Shown here in pieces: positions 1-13,300 of a stretch of DNA of 62,000 bases. Position numbers and translations under genes: made by a program. Each line of letters begins with the position of its first letter. Within the stretch, counting starts at the first letter, position 1. The DNA comes from Wallemia ichthyophaga EXF-994 (lineage: Eukaryota; Fungi; Basidiomycota), in assembly GCF_000400465.1 (NCBI RefSeq), contig NW_008806280.1:82001-144000 (forward strand), in the 5' to 3' direction. Below the pieces are notes generated by a model that was given only the letters and a program-made list of their open reading frames with translations, ran no database searches and was not told where the DNA came from.

Positions 1-3000
1 GTGACGCGGTCTTCGTGAAGGTCGATACATCAACGACCTTGCTCCCTGAGCTTGAACCTCTTGTTGGTGAGGAAGCGAAGTACGACAAAAGCTCGTTGTG
101 CATTGTTGACTTGATGAGAGAGTCGTCTTCGATCAAATTTCTCATAATGAAGCTCAAGAAGAGTGTGGAGCCGCGGGCATTGTCAAGAGGACCGTCGAAT
201 ATACTGCTGAGCATCTGCAATAGAGTTAGTAAATGCTTGTTCAATGTCAGGCCACAACTTACTTGCACACCACCAGCAGAGAAAAGGTCCTTCGAGTAGC
301 GCGTTGAGCGAGTGAGCAAAGTAAGCACCTGCAATACCGCCATCAGATCAGCTTTCTTGAGTTCCCAGTTCTTATCCTTCGAGCGTTTAAATGTTGTCAA
401 GGCAATCTCAAACAAGGCATTCTTCTGCTCTTCGAATGAGCCAGTGTCGACAATCTCCTCAATCTTAACTTCAGGAATGTTTTCGCCGACCTTGGTTGGA
501 TCATCTGCAGTCTTGATGACTTCTGAACATCCCAGCATTATAGCACTAGCTAATAAAAATGGAGCCAGCCACTTGGGAGGTGTTTGGCTGTCTATCACAG
601 CTGGTCCAGACTTGTAAGTCAAGTTCAAAAGACGTTCACGCTGGTTGATAACGTTATCCTTCTGAGAAAACTGATGGTCTGATATCATGACTGAGAGTAA
701 GTGCCAACGAACGTAGAGCTTGCCTTCGCACTGACGATCCTTTGCATCTAGCGTCTCAACCTCGTCGAGAAGAGTCTTGACACCGATCTGCTCAGCTGAC
801 TTTTCTTTGTCATCCTTAAACATATCTTTCACGTCGAAAACTATCTCGTAATGTGCATCAGCGAGGTTAAGCAAGATACTTGGGATGGTAGAGTAGAGAT
901 TCTGGCGAGCTTGATCGAGGGATCTCTTTACAGCATCTATATTATCGTTCATTGGCGTAATTTTACCTTCGGCTAACTTTGTCTCGTAATCCTTCTTTTC
1001 CTCGTCTTTTTGGCGTTTCTGACGTAGTTCAAACTCCCTAGCTATATCGACGTAGTCTGGTCTTGCCACTAACCATTCAGCAGCTTGAGCAACGTCGTCA
1101 CCATTGTACATCAGCGCAACAGCCGAAGCATATTTTGGAAAGTCCATACTCATCATTTCTTGGAGTAACGTTTCGTTTAATCTATCAATTTTCATCACTC
1201 CCTCAATGTCTTCCATAACTTTGATTTCAACGTCCGAACGTGATTCAGCAGCTGGATGAGGCGGAGGTGGTAATTCAGGTTGAGACGTTTGTGCCTCAGA
1301 TGGCTGCGTAGCATCTGATTCACTTTGAGCAGCTTCAGTTGGAGGCTCCTCACCCAAAATTCTGTGTAAAGGTGATGAGCGCATGTTAAAAAGAGCTCTC
1401 TCCAAATCCTGCAAATGACCAATACGTTCGGAAGGTGGATTACCTAATCTACCCTGCGGTCCAGCTGGTGGCTCAGCAGCTTCACCCTCGGCCTTGATAA
1501 TGTTGAGGAAAGTCTGCACAATCAGTCTTGTAGGCTGACCGAGGGGTGCCTTGGATAACCATTCACTTTGGCATACCTTAACAAGAACTGGCATAATGAT
1601 CGATCTTAATCTGACCAAGAAGTCGTTAGAGTTGAAATACTCTGCCGAGCTCTTGTCAGCTTCCCTCAACTGCAGCGGTCCAGTTTGACTGGATTCGAGG
1701 AGTGGTCTGGTGGCAGCAAAAGTATGGAAAAGCGGCATTATGTTCTCCAAAATACGATAGATTCTGAATTGTTGCATCTCAGCCGGAGACTTTGGAATCT
1801 CGTTATCGGTAATAGTCTGGTGCGAGAGCTCGTCACTTATTTGATCGAGCCTGTGGGTCAGAAGTTGCACTCCACCGAGTTGAGCGAAAGCGAATACCAG
1901 AGGTGTTTGGAGATGATTATGTGATGTGCGATCATCGAAAAAGAGCGCATTGATCGCTTTGAGGATCTGACACATGTATGCGCAGCTTGGGCGTGGATCT
2001 CCGTTGCCAGTGAACTGGAGGTGATCAACGAGTATCTGAGCCATAGCCTTAGATGTAATTACAGAGTTCTTCTTATGCGACTGGTCACTCTGACGTCTGT
2101 ACAAGAACATCTTGACAACAGCTATGGTGGCGTTAGAAGGTACATTTCCAATAATACCATTACCCACCTTGGTAGAACGGAGTAGCAGTCTGAGGAATGT
2201 ACATCGAGAGATGTGACAAAGATTTGTAATTGAGCTTGGAAGGGGTGCTTTCCTCAGCCTTCTTTTCTTCGTCAGACTTGTTTCCACTCTTTATGTTGAC
2301 CGTTGGGTCTAAGTTGTTCATCATGATGTTTAGATTCTTCTCATACTTCTCATTTGACGACTTGGAACCTGACTCCAGCTCCTTCCAATCAAATTCAGTT
2401 TCTTTGTTCTCCTCAGCATTGAGCAAAAGGTGTTCCCAGGTGAGACTTCTGTCGAGTATGCCAATCATGTTTAACGTTTCTAAATTTCTAGGCTCGTTCA
2501 ACTTTGGCAGGAAGAAACCATTCGAAACTCTAATATTCAAGAAGCCGATGGATGCGAACATATCAGAAATAAGCTGCACTCTCGAGTACAACTCAATCAA
2601 ACTCCTGAACGTAGCATTTGCTTCCTCGTAGTCAGATTCATTGAGATCTTTCATCTTGATGAAGAGAGACTTGTTGCGCATTTCAGACCAAATGTGTCTG
2701 GTGCTTTCGAGCTTCTCTCTAACTTGCTCCATTGACCACATTAACGTCACTTCAGGCTTGATCTCGATTAACACTCTACCGAGCTGTGCGATAGCTTCAG
2801 ATGCGCGACTAATGGAGAAGTCGTAAGGTAAGCAAGGCAGACCGAAGAACCTTCCAAGTCTTTCCAATCCACCTGCATCCAAAAATTCTTTTGCGTGTGT
2901 ACCATTTGTGAAGACGGACTCGAGGAACTGTATTGGGTTAGGGAGATAAACCTGACTTCTAACGAACTCACTCTGGCCATGACATCGATGCATTTCATCG

Positions 3001-5086
3001 CGAAAGGATCTTCTCTCTTATCGTTTGGCACATTCTCCACCATGGAATGCTCGTCCTGGGTCAGCAGTCTGTATCTCGCCACCTCGCTCAAACCATACTG
3101 GCCGACTTCATTGCAGTCGAAAGCACCACCGATCTCTGCAATTCTATCTAGTTGACCGTTGATGGCATTCAATACCTTAGGTTTGAGTGAAGGTTGGTGT
3201 CTTATAAGTTCATCGACACTCGATCCAATGTTGACAGCATTCTCCTTTTCGCTCAACACCTTGATATGGGTAGCAGAGGTGAACATTTCGAATATCTTAC
3301 CAATAATCGTATCAGATCTCTGCATGAATTCGTTCAAGCCGTTCTCATTCAAACAGCAAGCTGAGATGACATTGAAGATAACAGTGAGAATATCGATATG
3401 CGGTTCTATATACTCTTCGATACTGTTGTAAAACTTGGCAGGCAACTGTGCCTCCTGTATGATTGAGAGGGATGTAGGCTCGTTGTGTACGAATGTAGCC
3501 ATGATATTGAGAGCGAATGAGGTGATCGATGCACCGAAGAATCTGCGGTTGTCGAGGATAAGATGAATGTCCTGCAGAAGTGTAGTGTCTATCAGATTGC
3601 GTATTCCACCCTCAGTACCTGAGGATGTAAGCAGCCTGTAGATAGAACGTAGCGACGATTTCATTGCTTGTGATTCAGAGACAGGGAGACGGCCAAATGT
3701 TGTTGCAACGTCCTCGTCATTGTCACTCTTCGCTTCCAACTCTGCCTTATGCTCTACACTCGCAAGAACTCGGTGGTGGATCTTCTCAACGAGTGTGGTG
3801 AGTCCATTGGCGTTGATAAAGATGGGAAGAGCGTTGCGGTATGAGTACAAAAGTGCATCGAGGAGTTGAAGACACTTTGTGATTAGCGTTGAGCTGTCGA
3901 CTTTGAAGAGATTGATAAGCAATGTAATCAGCCCGGCCCCAACCAGCATCTGGCCACCCGAATTCGAAGTCGAGAGATGGCTGATCATAGAAAAAATGCT
4001 GTCCACAAGGTCCACAAGCTGTGGTGATGGTGGTGATGATTGAGACAACTTATTGGTGACATTGCGAATATAGGTGAACAACAAGCCCTGGTTGACACCT
4101 GCATTTAAGCAACTAAGAACTTCACTCACGCGCGTCTTGTAGTGCGCCAAAGATTCAAGGCAGATGAGAGAGGTGGATTGGATTGAGATATACTCATCGT
4201 CCAATGGAAGTTGAAGGAGGTGGGTGAGCTGCTGCACAAGTGTTGGTTCATAAATAAGCAGATTGTGTTGAGCTTGAGATTCTTTAACGAGCTGTAAATA
4301 TAAACTCAAAGCTAGGAGTCTAGATTCGATGAAATGACGTCTGGAAGGGCTATCAAAAACCTTGATGGATCTGATGCGATGATATAGATCAAAGTTGTTC
4401 GAGTTGCCGTCTTTTGGTATTTTGTACTGATCAACGCACTCCTTGTGTAGGTCGAGGTCGCTAAGTGGATTTTCACCAACTTTTTCCAAGTGAATACTTC
4501 TCGACTGGGTGTCAAAGAATTGGAAAGAGACTGTGTCATTGAGGGGAGGAATAGAGGTTGTAATGGAATCAGCGAGACTGGCGCTACTTGGCCAGTTCCA
4601 CGCCACTGATAGCAGAGCCTTGCTGTTGAGCTGGAGAGCGTTGCGATGGTGAGCTTGAATAGACAGAATAAGTTTGAGATTGTTGGAAAGCACCTCGACA
4701 TCGTTTGTTAAAATGAGAGCGTCTAAATGCTCCACCGAATTAAATATCTTTCTATTGGAGCAATTATCGATGAGAAGCTTGAGAAATCTAAGGACAGCGT
4801 TGATAAGCCTCTTAGAGGATGCGTCAAAGAGCTTATCCTGCACACCGTAGCCAGCAGATTTCAAATTAAAGTCATTTGTAATCTTCTCGAGCGTGCCATC
4901 CAATCTATTGAGTACTCCGATGTACGCATAGAGATCTCCCTTGGGCCAAACCCACTCTTTGAAATCTTCGAGATGCGCTGCCATCTCCTCATCGGTGCAC
5001 TTCTCAACAAGATGTAGCTTGTGACGGAGCGTCGTGGGGATTGTAGCCACTGTCCTTCTTGATGTACGTGGACGTACAGGGGCCAT
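1..5086 (-). CDS. TOM1: HECT E3 ubiquitin ligase Tom1/HUWE1-like, N-terminal part (DUF908/DUF913 armadillo region and UBA domain); 3' end runs off the window start
   Basis: ORFs 2768..5086 and 2160..2993 are joined by an intron near 2950-2993 (GTGAGT...CTAAC..CAG). Motifs WVWPKGDLYAYIGVLNRLD and MATFVHNEPTSLSIIQE are present. A UBA-like segment (LLQEMMSMDFPKYASAVALMYNGDDVAQAAEWL) was hand-translated near 1080-1180. The HECT domain itself is outside the window. Confidence 0.9.
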
Positions 5087-5240
5087 TGTAATTATTATTT
5101 ATTTATTTTCAACTTGAACTTGATTGTTCTAAACCAAGTGTGGTGCGTCGTGGTCCTTGTGCTTTGTATTACGCAACACTCCAATCAAAATTTACGATGC
5201 AATAAATAACTTTTTTACTATATATACAAGCTGTGGTATA

Positions 5241-6834
5241 TCAGTTGATCGCCGTGCTAGCTCTTGCTTTTCTTGAGCGTCGTTGCGTCTGGTGGCTGCT
5301 CCTGTCATGTTTGGTGAGAGCAACGCGGGTATTTAAATAACCCACACTCTTCTCCGAGACCATTGTATTCTCTCGCCCTCTTTTTAGTGCTGCTGCTCTT
5401 GATTCGGCACCTTTGTTCTGCCACTTCGTTAGCCCACACGGTCGATATCCCCGGTACTCACTTTTTTAGGCGATGAGAATGGTGTTTGTTGTGCTTGTGC
5501 ATGTGGTTGCGGTTGTGGTAAGTCCTGCTGCTGATGTGGTGGCGATGGCTGCTGTTGATAGCCATTAGGTATAGGCGGCGGAGGCATGAGCAAGCTCCTT
5601 TTGTTATTGTGACTAGGAAGACGTCTGAGAATAAAGCTAAAGGCCCAAAGCCAACACCAAACTCACCCATCATTTATGTCATTCAACGAGCCTACGTTGA
5701 CATTAGCACTGGCATTGGTATTGGTGTTGTCATCTATGACCGACTTGTCATCCACTACCGATACCATACTCGCGTCATTCATTTCGAACCCATCCCAAAT
5801 CAGATCGTCGTCTTTGGTGGGATGTATTGATGAATGCGCAGAAGTATTGAGACTGCCATTGCTGTTACTGTTGCTCACACCGCTCATCCTCCTTACATTT
5901 GCCTCATGATACTCCCTCTCCTTCTCCCTCTCCTTCTCCTGCGCTTGCTGCTGCTGTCTCTGCTGCGTCAGACGCCTTTCCTCCTGCTCACGGACGTGGT
6001 TTGGTCTGTAGTCAAATTCTGGTGGTCTGTAGAGCTGATCTGGATCATAACGGTACTGCGGTGGATGATAATGTGAGTTCTACATTCCAAAACCACGCCA
6101 TACCACTCACTCTATTCTTATCCTTATGTTTGATAATCTCCTTAGAGTAATCCTTATCGTACAGACAGTTACCGGTTGAGTTACCAAAGTAGCGCAAGCA
6201 CCTCTTTACAGCGTCTGTGACTGACTCCTTGCGGCTCTTCTCGATAGCTGCTCCACGCGTTGGACAGTTAACCATTTCACCGAAACCGAAGTCTTCATGG
6301 AAAGCGCCCGTTGTGAATACTGTTACTCTCACGACTGTTGTGATAGCGCAGTTGAATTTGCCGGCAGGAGTAGGCTCAAGCTGTTACGGTGTTATTCGTG
6401 TGTACGCGTGCTCTCCAACGTACAAATTCAGTCGTGCTGCTCATGAGCTGAGTGGACCAGCCATCGTGGCCGAATATGCTGTTCGCGAGTGAAATGGCCT
6501 GGTTGCCTTCGATATAAGATACCTCTGATCGGCGTGTATGCGTCAGTGCGTCCTCGTTCATCACCCTGCCCCACTTACTGCTTCCGCCGGGCGCTGGTCG
6601 CTGGGAGATGCACTCCGGCGCCAGTCTCTTTGCCAGCTTCTCCGCAATCTCTTCTCGCTGTGTGGCGGAGAAAAACCTCTCTGACTGCTGCGAAAGCACT
6701 TGCGTTTCGTTGGGTGTAGACATGCCGAGTGCGAAGTTGGACGGTGCCGCGGCGTGATAGTCGTTCCTATCGCTATTGATTCCGATATTCGTGCGTAAAA
6801 TATCTGGATTTCTGCCGTGGTTGTTACCGTTCAT
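5241..6834 (-). CDS. RAD52: Rad52/Rad22 family recombination protein, multi-exon; 3' exons approximate
   Basis: Motifs EKLAKRLAPECISQRPAPGG, VSYIEGNQAISLANSIFGHDGWS and HEDFGFG...KSRKESVTDAVKRCLRYFGNSTGNCLYDK. Canonical introns at 6525-6578 and near 6380-6420, 6056-6110 and 5627-5667. Confidence 0.92.
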
Positions 6835-6952
6835 CTGCGCAGATTGAGTTGATTGAGATGGTGGTGTGTTGATAACGGACTAAATTACGTAAATACACGC
6901 TAAATGAGTAGTCTATTACAATGCTATCACAACATGACGTCAAAATACATTC

Positions 6953-8885
6953 TCATTTCCCAGCAGAGAACGGACTCTGCCAGGCGCTCTCAGCTTCATC
7001 GTTCACACTGCCATTAACTGACGTCGATCGCGATGCTGGCATTGAATTCCTCGCCTTACCTGCGATATACGCGCCAAAGCCACCAAGAGTGCTCTTAACC
7101 GACGCGTTCGGTGTAGTGGGGCTGCTCCCATTTGCACCAGCACTCGCACTCCTCCGATCATGCATATCCGACACTCCCTCACTCAGCCGCAGTCCTAAAC
7201 CGTTGCCGCTCATGTGTGGATGTCGAGGCTCAATGAGGTCGAATAGTGCGACATCTGTGCGCATATTCCAGTCAATGAACGCAGTGCTCGTCCGCATTAC
7301 ATTCACAAACCCTTCACCAAAAGCCTGTGAAGGGTTTTTCTCGTAACTCATACCAACCAGACTGTCTTTCTTATTGTTACCGGTGCCATACTTGACATAA
7401 TCGACATACTTGATACTGGCGAGAGCGGAGCAGATGTAGTCTTCAAATTTAGCTCTCAGCCAATCGTCACTGTCGACGAAAGACACGGGTCCACCACCCA
7501 TGTTTTGGCGATGATGCGTCGCTGTAACGCTCGCGACTACCTCGTCCATCCACTTGCGATCTTGCGATGTCGGAGCGACCAGTTTCTCCAGACCCGGCGA
7601 ATGCCACTCTAAGGTCCCATTGTCGATGTCGACAACAACATCTAACTTGAGATTCTTTTGCTGTGTGAACACGGCATTCGTAGTGCCGGCGAGGAAAGCA
7701 TTTGTGCGCGCATCCATCAGCATCTCTATCTGTTGCAGCGGCATGTAGGGCTGGAAGAAGGAGCCTTTGCCAAAGAGGTCAAGCGGCATACCGGCGTATT
7801 CGAGAAGACTGTCGCGGTCTGTAGTACGCATGCTGCCAGTTGTGGTATTTCCACTCACTCTGCGCCCTAGTGTCGTGGGTATATCAGGACTAGCAGCATG
7901 TGCGAGTGCATGTAGCAGATTAGGAATGAGTGAGATGAGCGAGTATTGGAAGTTGCACAGCCGCTCGACAGGATACTCAGGGTGCTTGGACAGAGGGCGG
8001 TAGCCAAAGAATAAGATACGCTTTTGCAAGAGAAGAAGTTTCAGTAGGGTGAGTGTTTTGTGTTTGAACTTTAGCACAAGCTCGTGTAGGTTGGTGCCTG
8101 TGTTAAGAACAGCCTGGTTAGTGTAATCGAGCAAGCTGTGTTCAAGCGACTGGTGAAATTGGACAAGCAGCTGTCGTTCGCTGAAGTTGCGCTGGTGAAA
8201 AAAGGCACGCGTGATGACGCCGAGCTTGTCCCTGTTGAGCGTGAGCGTGTAAGAAGCGAGCAGTCACCAGCAATGCAACCCACCTTATTGGTCCAAAAAC
8301 TGGCTTAGTAGTGAGTACCACGATTGCCTTCTGGACAATTGACCTGGTAACATGGCTATCTCTTTCGATCAACTCACTCGCCTTGAGCTGCCGATTGCAA
8401 CTAATACCGAAGACGGTGGATTTGCCGAGCTTGCCGTCCTCCGGCGGCTTCAAGTGAAAGTAGGAAAAGTCCTCTTGCGTCATATGTGCGCCGTCAGGGA
8501 GAGCGAGGAAAGGGAGAAGACGGGCAAATTCGGAGTCAGTGACGGTATTTGGTGGGTGGCAGAACTCAATAATTGGGCCGAGATTGTGATGGAAGTCTAT
8601 GAGTAGAGTTGCGAGGAGTGGATCGTTCTCGCTACGCTGCGATTGTGCGGCAGAAATATCATCGCTAGTTGAGCGTGTAGAATGAGATGAAGGACCTGGC
8701 AGTGGCGACGGCAGTGATGGCAGCGTTGCGTGCTTCGTATGCGGTGTATGCTGGGAATGCTCGTACTCGAATGGATTTACATCTTGGTGAAACGGCGTCG
8801 GAGTGAGCTTGGATTGAAGTTCCGATAGAGACGCCCGCGGATCTGATGCCCAGGGATCTTGGTCGAATGAGTTTAGGTGGGACAT
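6953..8885 (-). CDS. AVL9: Avl9 (DENN-like) late secretory pathway protein, one intron near 8235-8290
   Basis: Motifs LIDFHHNLGPIIEFCHP, LPFLALPDGAH..EDFSYFHL, FGISCNRQL, LKLLLLQKRILFFG, GSFFQPYMPLQQI and SDDWLRAKFEDYI. Confidence 0.92.
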
Positions 8886-8975
8886 GGCCGTGTGTGCGCA
8901 AGGAGGTACGTGTGCCTCGAGATTTCCTCCAATTACTGCTGGAATGACACGAAATGTATATTTGTCGCATGAAAT

Positions 8976-9869
8976 CTAATTTAAAATGATACAGAATCTA
9001 AGAAAGCCGTCGGGAGATGCCATCGTTGACGCCAGCCACGAAATGTCAGCTTCGAGAGGGATAGCTGTGCCGTGAAGAACGGGATAAGCTAGCTGTGGGT
9101 ATTTGGAGCTGTCTGAGGGGAATAGTAAGGGCAACGATGTCGATAAAGCTTGCTGGAGTGTTAACTTTGGCGGAAGAATGTCTTGAATTACAATCTGATC
9201 TGGTAAGATGAATTTGAGCGGGATTGAGCGCGGTTTTGGCGTTTCATTATCATCCATCTCTTTTTCTTTGATTGACAAGGGCAATGGGAGCAATTTGTCC
9301 GCAATTTTGAAGTATTCGTCAATGTCATTCGACTGAATTGAGTGCCACAGCTGCTCAGTTTGATTAGTTTTTAACTGAGTTATGCGCTTAACAGTGCCCC
9401 AGTATATCAGCTGAGATTCCTTCAAACTACCCATGAAGCTCAGTTTGGTGGATTGCAGGTGAGCAGCAGCACTATCAGCAGAATTGGACAAGTGCAGGAT
9501 GAGTTTGAGAGGAGGGGCGTGATTTTTAAGTGGATTATAATTAAACGTGTAATAATCATACGATAGACCAATATTCCAATGCAATTTGAGCTTATCGGGG
9601 ATGTTATTAGCGGTCGTGTTGCTCTCGGGCAAATCAACGACTTCAAACCAAATATCGTCGTCGTTGATACTGTTAAGCTGGTTGGAGCTATGATTTGATT
9701 GCAGGAACGCATATTTCAATTGCTGGTATATGAAAAATGGGTAGGAATTTCTATACGCCGTGAAGTAAACGGTATCTAGCACGCTAAGGCCATCTTTTCT
9801 AACAGAGAGTTCCAAGGAGACGGTAGAATTCCAATTGAGACTCCTAAAGTAATTCAAGTCAGAGGACAT
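8976..9869 (-). CDS. ATG5: Autophagy protein Atg5
   Basis: Motifs LKLHWNIGLSYD (conjugation Lys region), SFMGSLKESQLIYWG..KRITQL, PRSIPLKF and LHGTAIPLEADISWLASTMASPDGFL. First ATG is at 9869 (MSSDL). Confidence 0.9.
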   Translation of the reverse strand: MSSDLNYFRSLNWNSTVSLELSVRKDGLSVLDTVYFTAYRNSYPFFIYQQLKYAFLQSNHSSNQLNSINDDDIWFEVVDLPESNTTANNIPDKLKLHWNIGLSYDYYTFNYNPLKNHAPPLKLILHLSNSADSAAAHLQSTKLSFMGSLKESQLIYWGTVKRITQLKTNQTEQLWHSIQSNDIDEYFKIADKLLPLPLSIKEKEMDDNETPKPRSIPLKFILPDQIVIQDILPPKLTLQQALSTSLPLLFPSDSSKYPQLAYPVLHGTAIPLEADISWLASTMASPDGFLRFCIILN

Positions 9870-9939
9870 TTGAATCGTCTGCTCGGTATGAAGATTCAAA
9901 CTAAGTTGAACGGGTAAAAACAAGGCTAGAAGGACTACG

Positions 9940-10200
9940 ATGAAATTATTCAACAAGTTCAACAAGAAGAGGAGTAACAAGAAGACCAAGAAGGGAATAT
10001 CCAATACAGATATCATTCCGCACCTCTCGCCGTTTGATCCTTTCACATATAATCACGATCCATTTGCAAAACTAGACGACAGTAAGCAAGAACGGAGACA
10101 AGTGCAGTACAAGAACAATCACCTCAAGAATCCAATCTATAAGCTACCTTCTATCGACGATATCAGTTTACCAGATTTATCCGACAAAGGAGGCGCTTGA
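9940..10200 (+). CDS. Small basic orphan protein (86 aa), unconfirmed
   Basis: ATG-initiated, stop-terminated ORF that fills the ATG5-to-Upa2-like gap. It is followed by separate TATA-like AT stretches (10238-10285) before the next gene. No recognised domain. Confidence 0.4.
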   Translation: MKLFNKFNKKRSNKKTKKGISNTDIIPHLSPFDPFTYNHDPFAKLDDSKQERRQVQYKNNHLKNPIYKLPSIDDISLPDLSDKGGA

Positions 10201-10339
10201 ATGGAATTATACCTTAAGTGAAAAGCAAGACACTGGGTATAAAATACGCGAATATCCATGACTCAATATAAATTATATAATGAACCTGTAATATACCGAC
10301 AAGACAGTCTAACACTCTTTGTACCATACCACCACCAAT

Positions 10340-13300
10340 ATGCCACAGCCGAATCATCGTACAATACCTTCACAGTCTCTAAACACACCAAAGCCAGCAA
10401 AGAAGGCTAAGAAAGTTGCAGTAAAGCTTCCCAGCCGTGATGGAAGAAGGGTTCTCGACACAGACAATGCCACGGACACGGGCACTGCCACTTCCACGCC
10501 ACCAGTTATATCCACAATACCCACATCTACTTCACATTTACACCAGTCTCCTGACGATAATGTTATTGATATCTTCCTTCCAGGAAAAGACGCTTGGGAC
10601 GCTATCAAGCAGCGTGGAATAACCAATCAGCTATACAAGCTGGGAATACACACCCAGCCTACACTATCTGAGCAGAAATATGACTCAAACTTTGATACCC
10701 CACCTGAAAATGACTTATTATCCTTTAAAATGGATAGGTTCTTTAATGACTCGCTTGTCGATAGCAAGACACCCAATCCAGACAACTCCACTCTCTCTTT
10801 GTCCAATTTCAACACCACAAGCTTATCGCCGGCTTTGTCTTCTCCGTCGGGCTACTTGCAGCACTCCCCACTCTCAAACACAGGCCATTTAAGTATTCCA
10901 CATACTTCAGCTCCAGCTTCAAACGCCTCACCCAACCCATCCTCACTTGCTGATGTCGAAGAAGTCGAGGAAGTGGAAGAGGTAGAAAACGCGGCGGAAA
11001 ACTTGGCTTATAACACAGAGGCAGTTGATAACACAGTGTCGACTGATAATACTCAGCAACAAGATAACAAAGACCAATTAGAGGTGGAGAATCATCTCAA
11101 TAACACCTCTCCAAACACCTCAATCATCCCAGATGAGGCTCCTCAATTGCCCCCACCCTCTTTCCAAGAACTCAGCAGAGGGTTTGGCTATGAGCTTGAC
11201 TATGAAGACGAACAGGCTCAGCTAGCCCAGCTCGAGAAAGAGGAAAGAAATCACAAAAAGTCCATGTCAGGATTTTCTATCAAGTCCGATAGCCAGCAGT
11301 ATGATAATGATGAGGATGTCCAAGACGCAGTGGATGAAAAGGACGACGGGGCTACAGAGGATACCGCCACTGCTCAAGACACTGACGCTGAAGCAGTTGA
11401 AGACATTTTCAAAGCAGAAAGTTTAGACGGTGAGTGCGAGTGTCTCACTACACCAAACACTCCTAACACTTTTCGCAGATAACAACACCAACACTGATAT
11501 TGATGAACAAGCCTTCAATTACGAGCTGTATGAGCTGCAGAGAAAGGACACAGAGGCTGACGAACAAGTGCAGCTTCAGCGCGATCAAGAAGAAAACACC
11601 AAAATACCATCCGCATATCCCAAAAGCGCTCTCAAACCGACTGTTACAGAGTTTGTCCCCGCAGCTCCTGCAGCTCCTTTCAAAGACAGCACCAACGAGT
11701 ACAACTCAGCTTTCAAATTCGATCGGTACTCATTACCAGCGCAATACGACGCACCAAAACAACCTATACCCAATCACATGACCAAACGTCAAAGAGCATC
11801 ATCGCGCGCGACCTCGGGCGAGGGTGATAACTGGTCAGGCTTCGACGTCAACAGTGACGGAGGGGACCTCGACACCTTCTCTAACCCTTCCGATGAAGAG
11901 CGGCTGCTACAGCACCGCCTCAATAGCCGCATGATGTCGAATCATGCTTTACAATTCGGGGGTAAGGAGAATGAGCGTGAGCAGGAGCAGGAGCAGGAGC
12001 AGGAGCAAGATGATGAACACACACTCTCTGCGCCGCTCAACGCACTCAATAGAAAGACGTCGCTCTCTGCTAATGCACCGGTGTTTGAGCCCGGCAACTT
12101 CACTTTCAAGTCTGAGCTGAGTCTGAACCGGAGTGCGCCACCTGAAAGCTCACTGGGGTCGCTTCATAGGACGGAGTCGAAAGAGAGTGAGATGCCTTAT
12201 AAGCGGGGACGCCCTAACCCAAGTGATACCTCGGATGACTGGAAGATTCCATCCACGATCAAGCAGGAAGAGGTCGAGGGCGATGTGTACGATGTCAATG
12301 TCAGTGGTGTGAAGCACTCTGACAGAGAGTGCGAGAGCGTAAACGCTTCGCGCACGAACTTGAGTCTGCAGGATGTGTATCACAAATTGGAGCAGCTATC
12401 TATCAACCTCAAAGCACGCGATGTAGTGACGAGGGACGATCTAAAAGAAGCCATTGAACATGACAGAGGCTTAATAATGGAGGTCTTGTTCCGAAACAGC
12501 TCGTCTGGTGATGTTTTGGCCGCTCTTAAACCACAAATCGCATCACTGAAGCCTGATGAAGACGCAATTGCTACGAGGTTATCAGATTTTGTTAGACCTG
12601 ATATACTGTCGTTGATTAATATGGCGGCTTCAGGTGGGTTGATGTCTTGTCTTATTTCACTCAAGCTCACGCTCACGTCACAGACAAAGAGAAGACGGCA
12701 GATATTATCACAGAACACCTCACAAATTCAGACATATTCACGTCGATCAAGACTGCACTGAGTGACATGGTCAGCAGACACAGTGAGCTTTATGACTCAT
12801 TCCACTCAACACAGACAGAGATTTTCACAAATGCATCCTCGCTGCATGCCAAGCTCGGTGATTTGCCTGACGGGATAACGGCGGCGACGGGTGCGCTCCA
12901 AACTGCGACGGAGAAGCTGAACGCGTACTCATCTCTTCCCGGAGAGCTAAAGGGTATGAGTGAATACGTGAGCGATAATGCAGCGCTTCGCAACGACATC
13001 TCCAAAGCACAATCGCACCATGGCAAGCTGCGCACCGAGAAGGACCGACTGCTTGACAAGCTGCGGGTAGCGGAAGAGGAGCGTGACTCAGCCAAGATAG
13101 AGGCGGATCTATCGCGCCAGTCTAGCCGTAAGATTGAGTCCGATCTCGTCAAGATCGAGGCGACGAATGGCAGTCTGATAGAGAGTCTAAACGGAATGGC
13201 GAACAAGTGCGCGCAGTTTGAGCACCAGTTGGAGGATCTGTTCGACCAGAAGCAGACATGGTACGCAGCTGACCGCGACTACCAGGTGAGGGTGAAGGAG

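Noticed and set aside
9870-10046. Hydrophobic N-terminal extension of the ATG5 ORF
   Set aside because: It starts at a non-ATG codon and is the antisense of the Lys-rich ORF at 9940.
11980-12008. GAGCAG coding repeat, and similar short repeats at 14915-14935, 23870-23905 and 31925-31950
   Set aside because: These are ordinary low-complexity slippage repeats, not CRISPR arrays or mobile elements.
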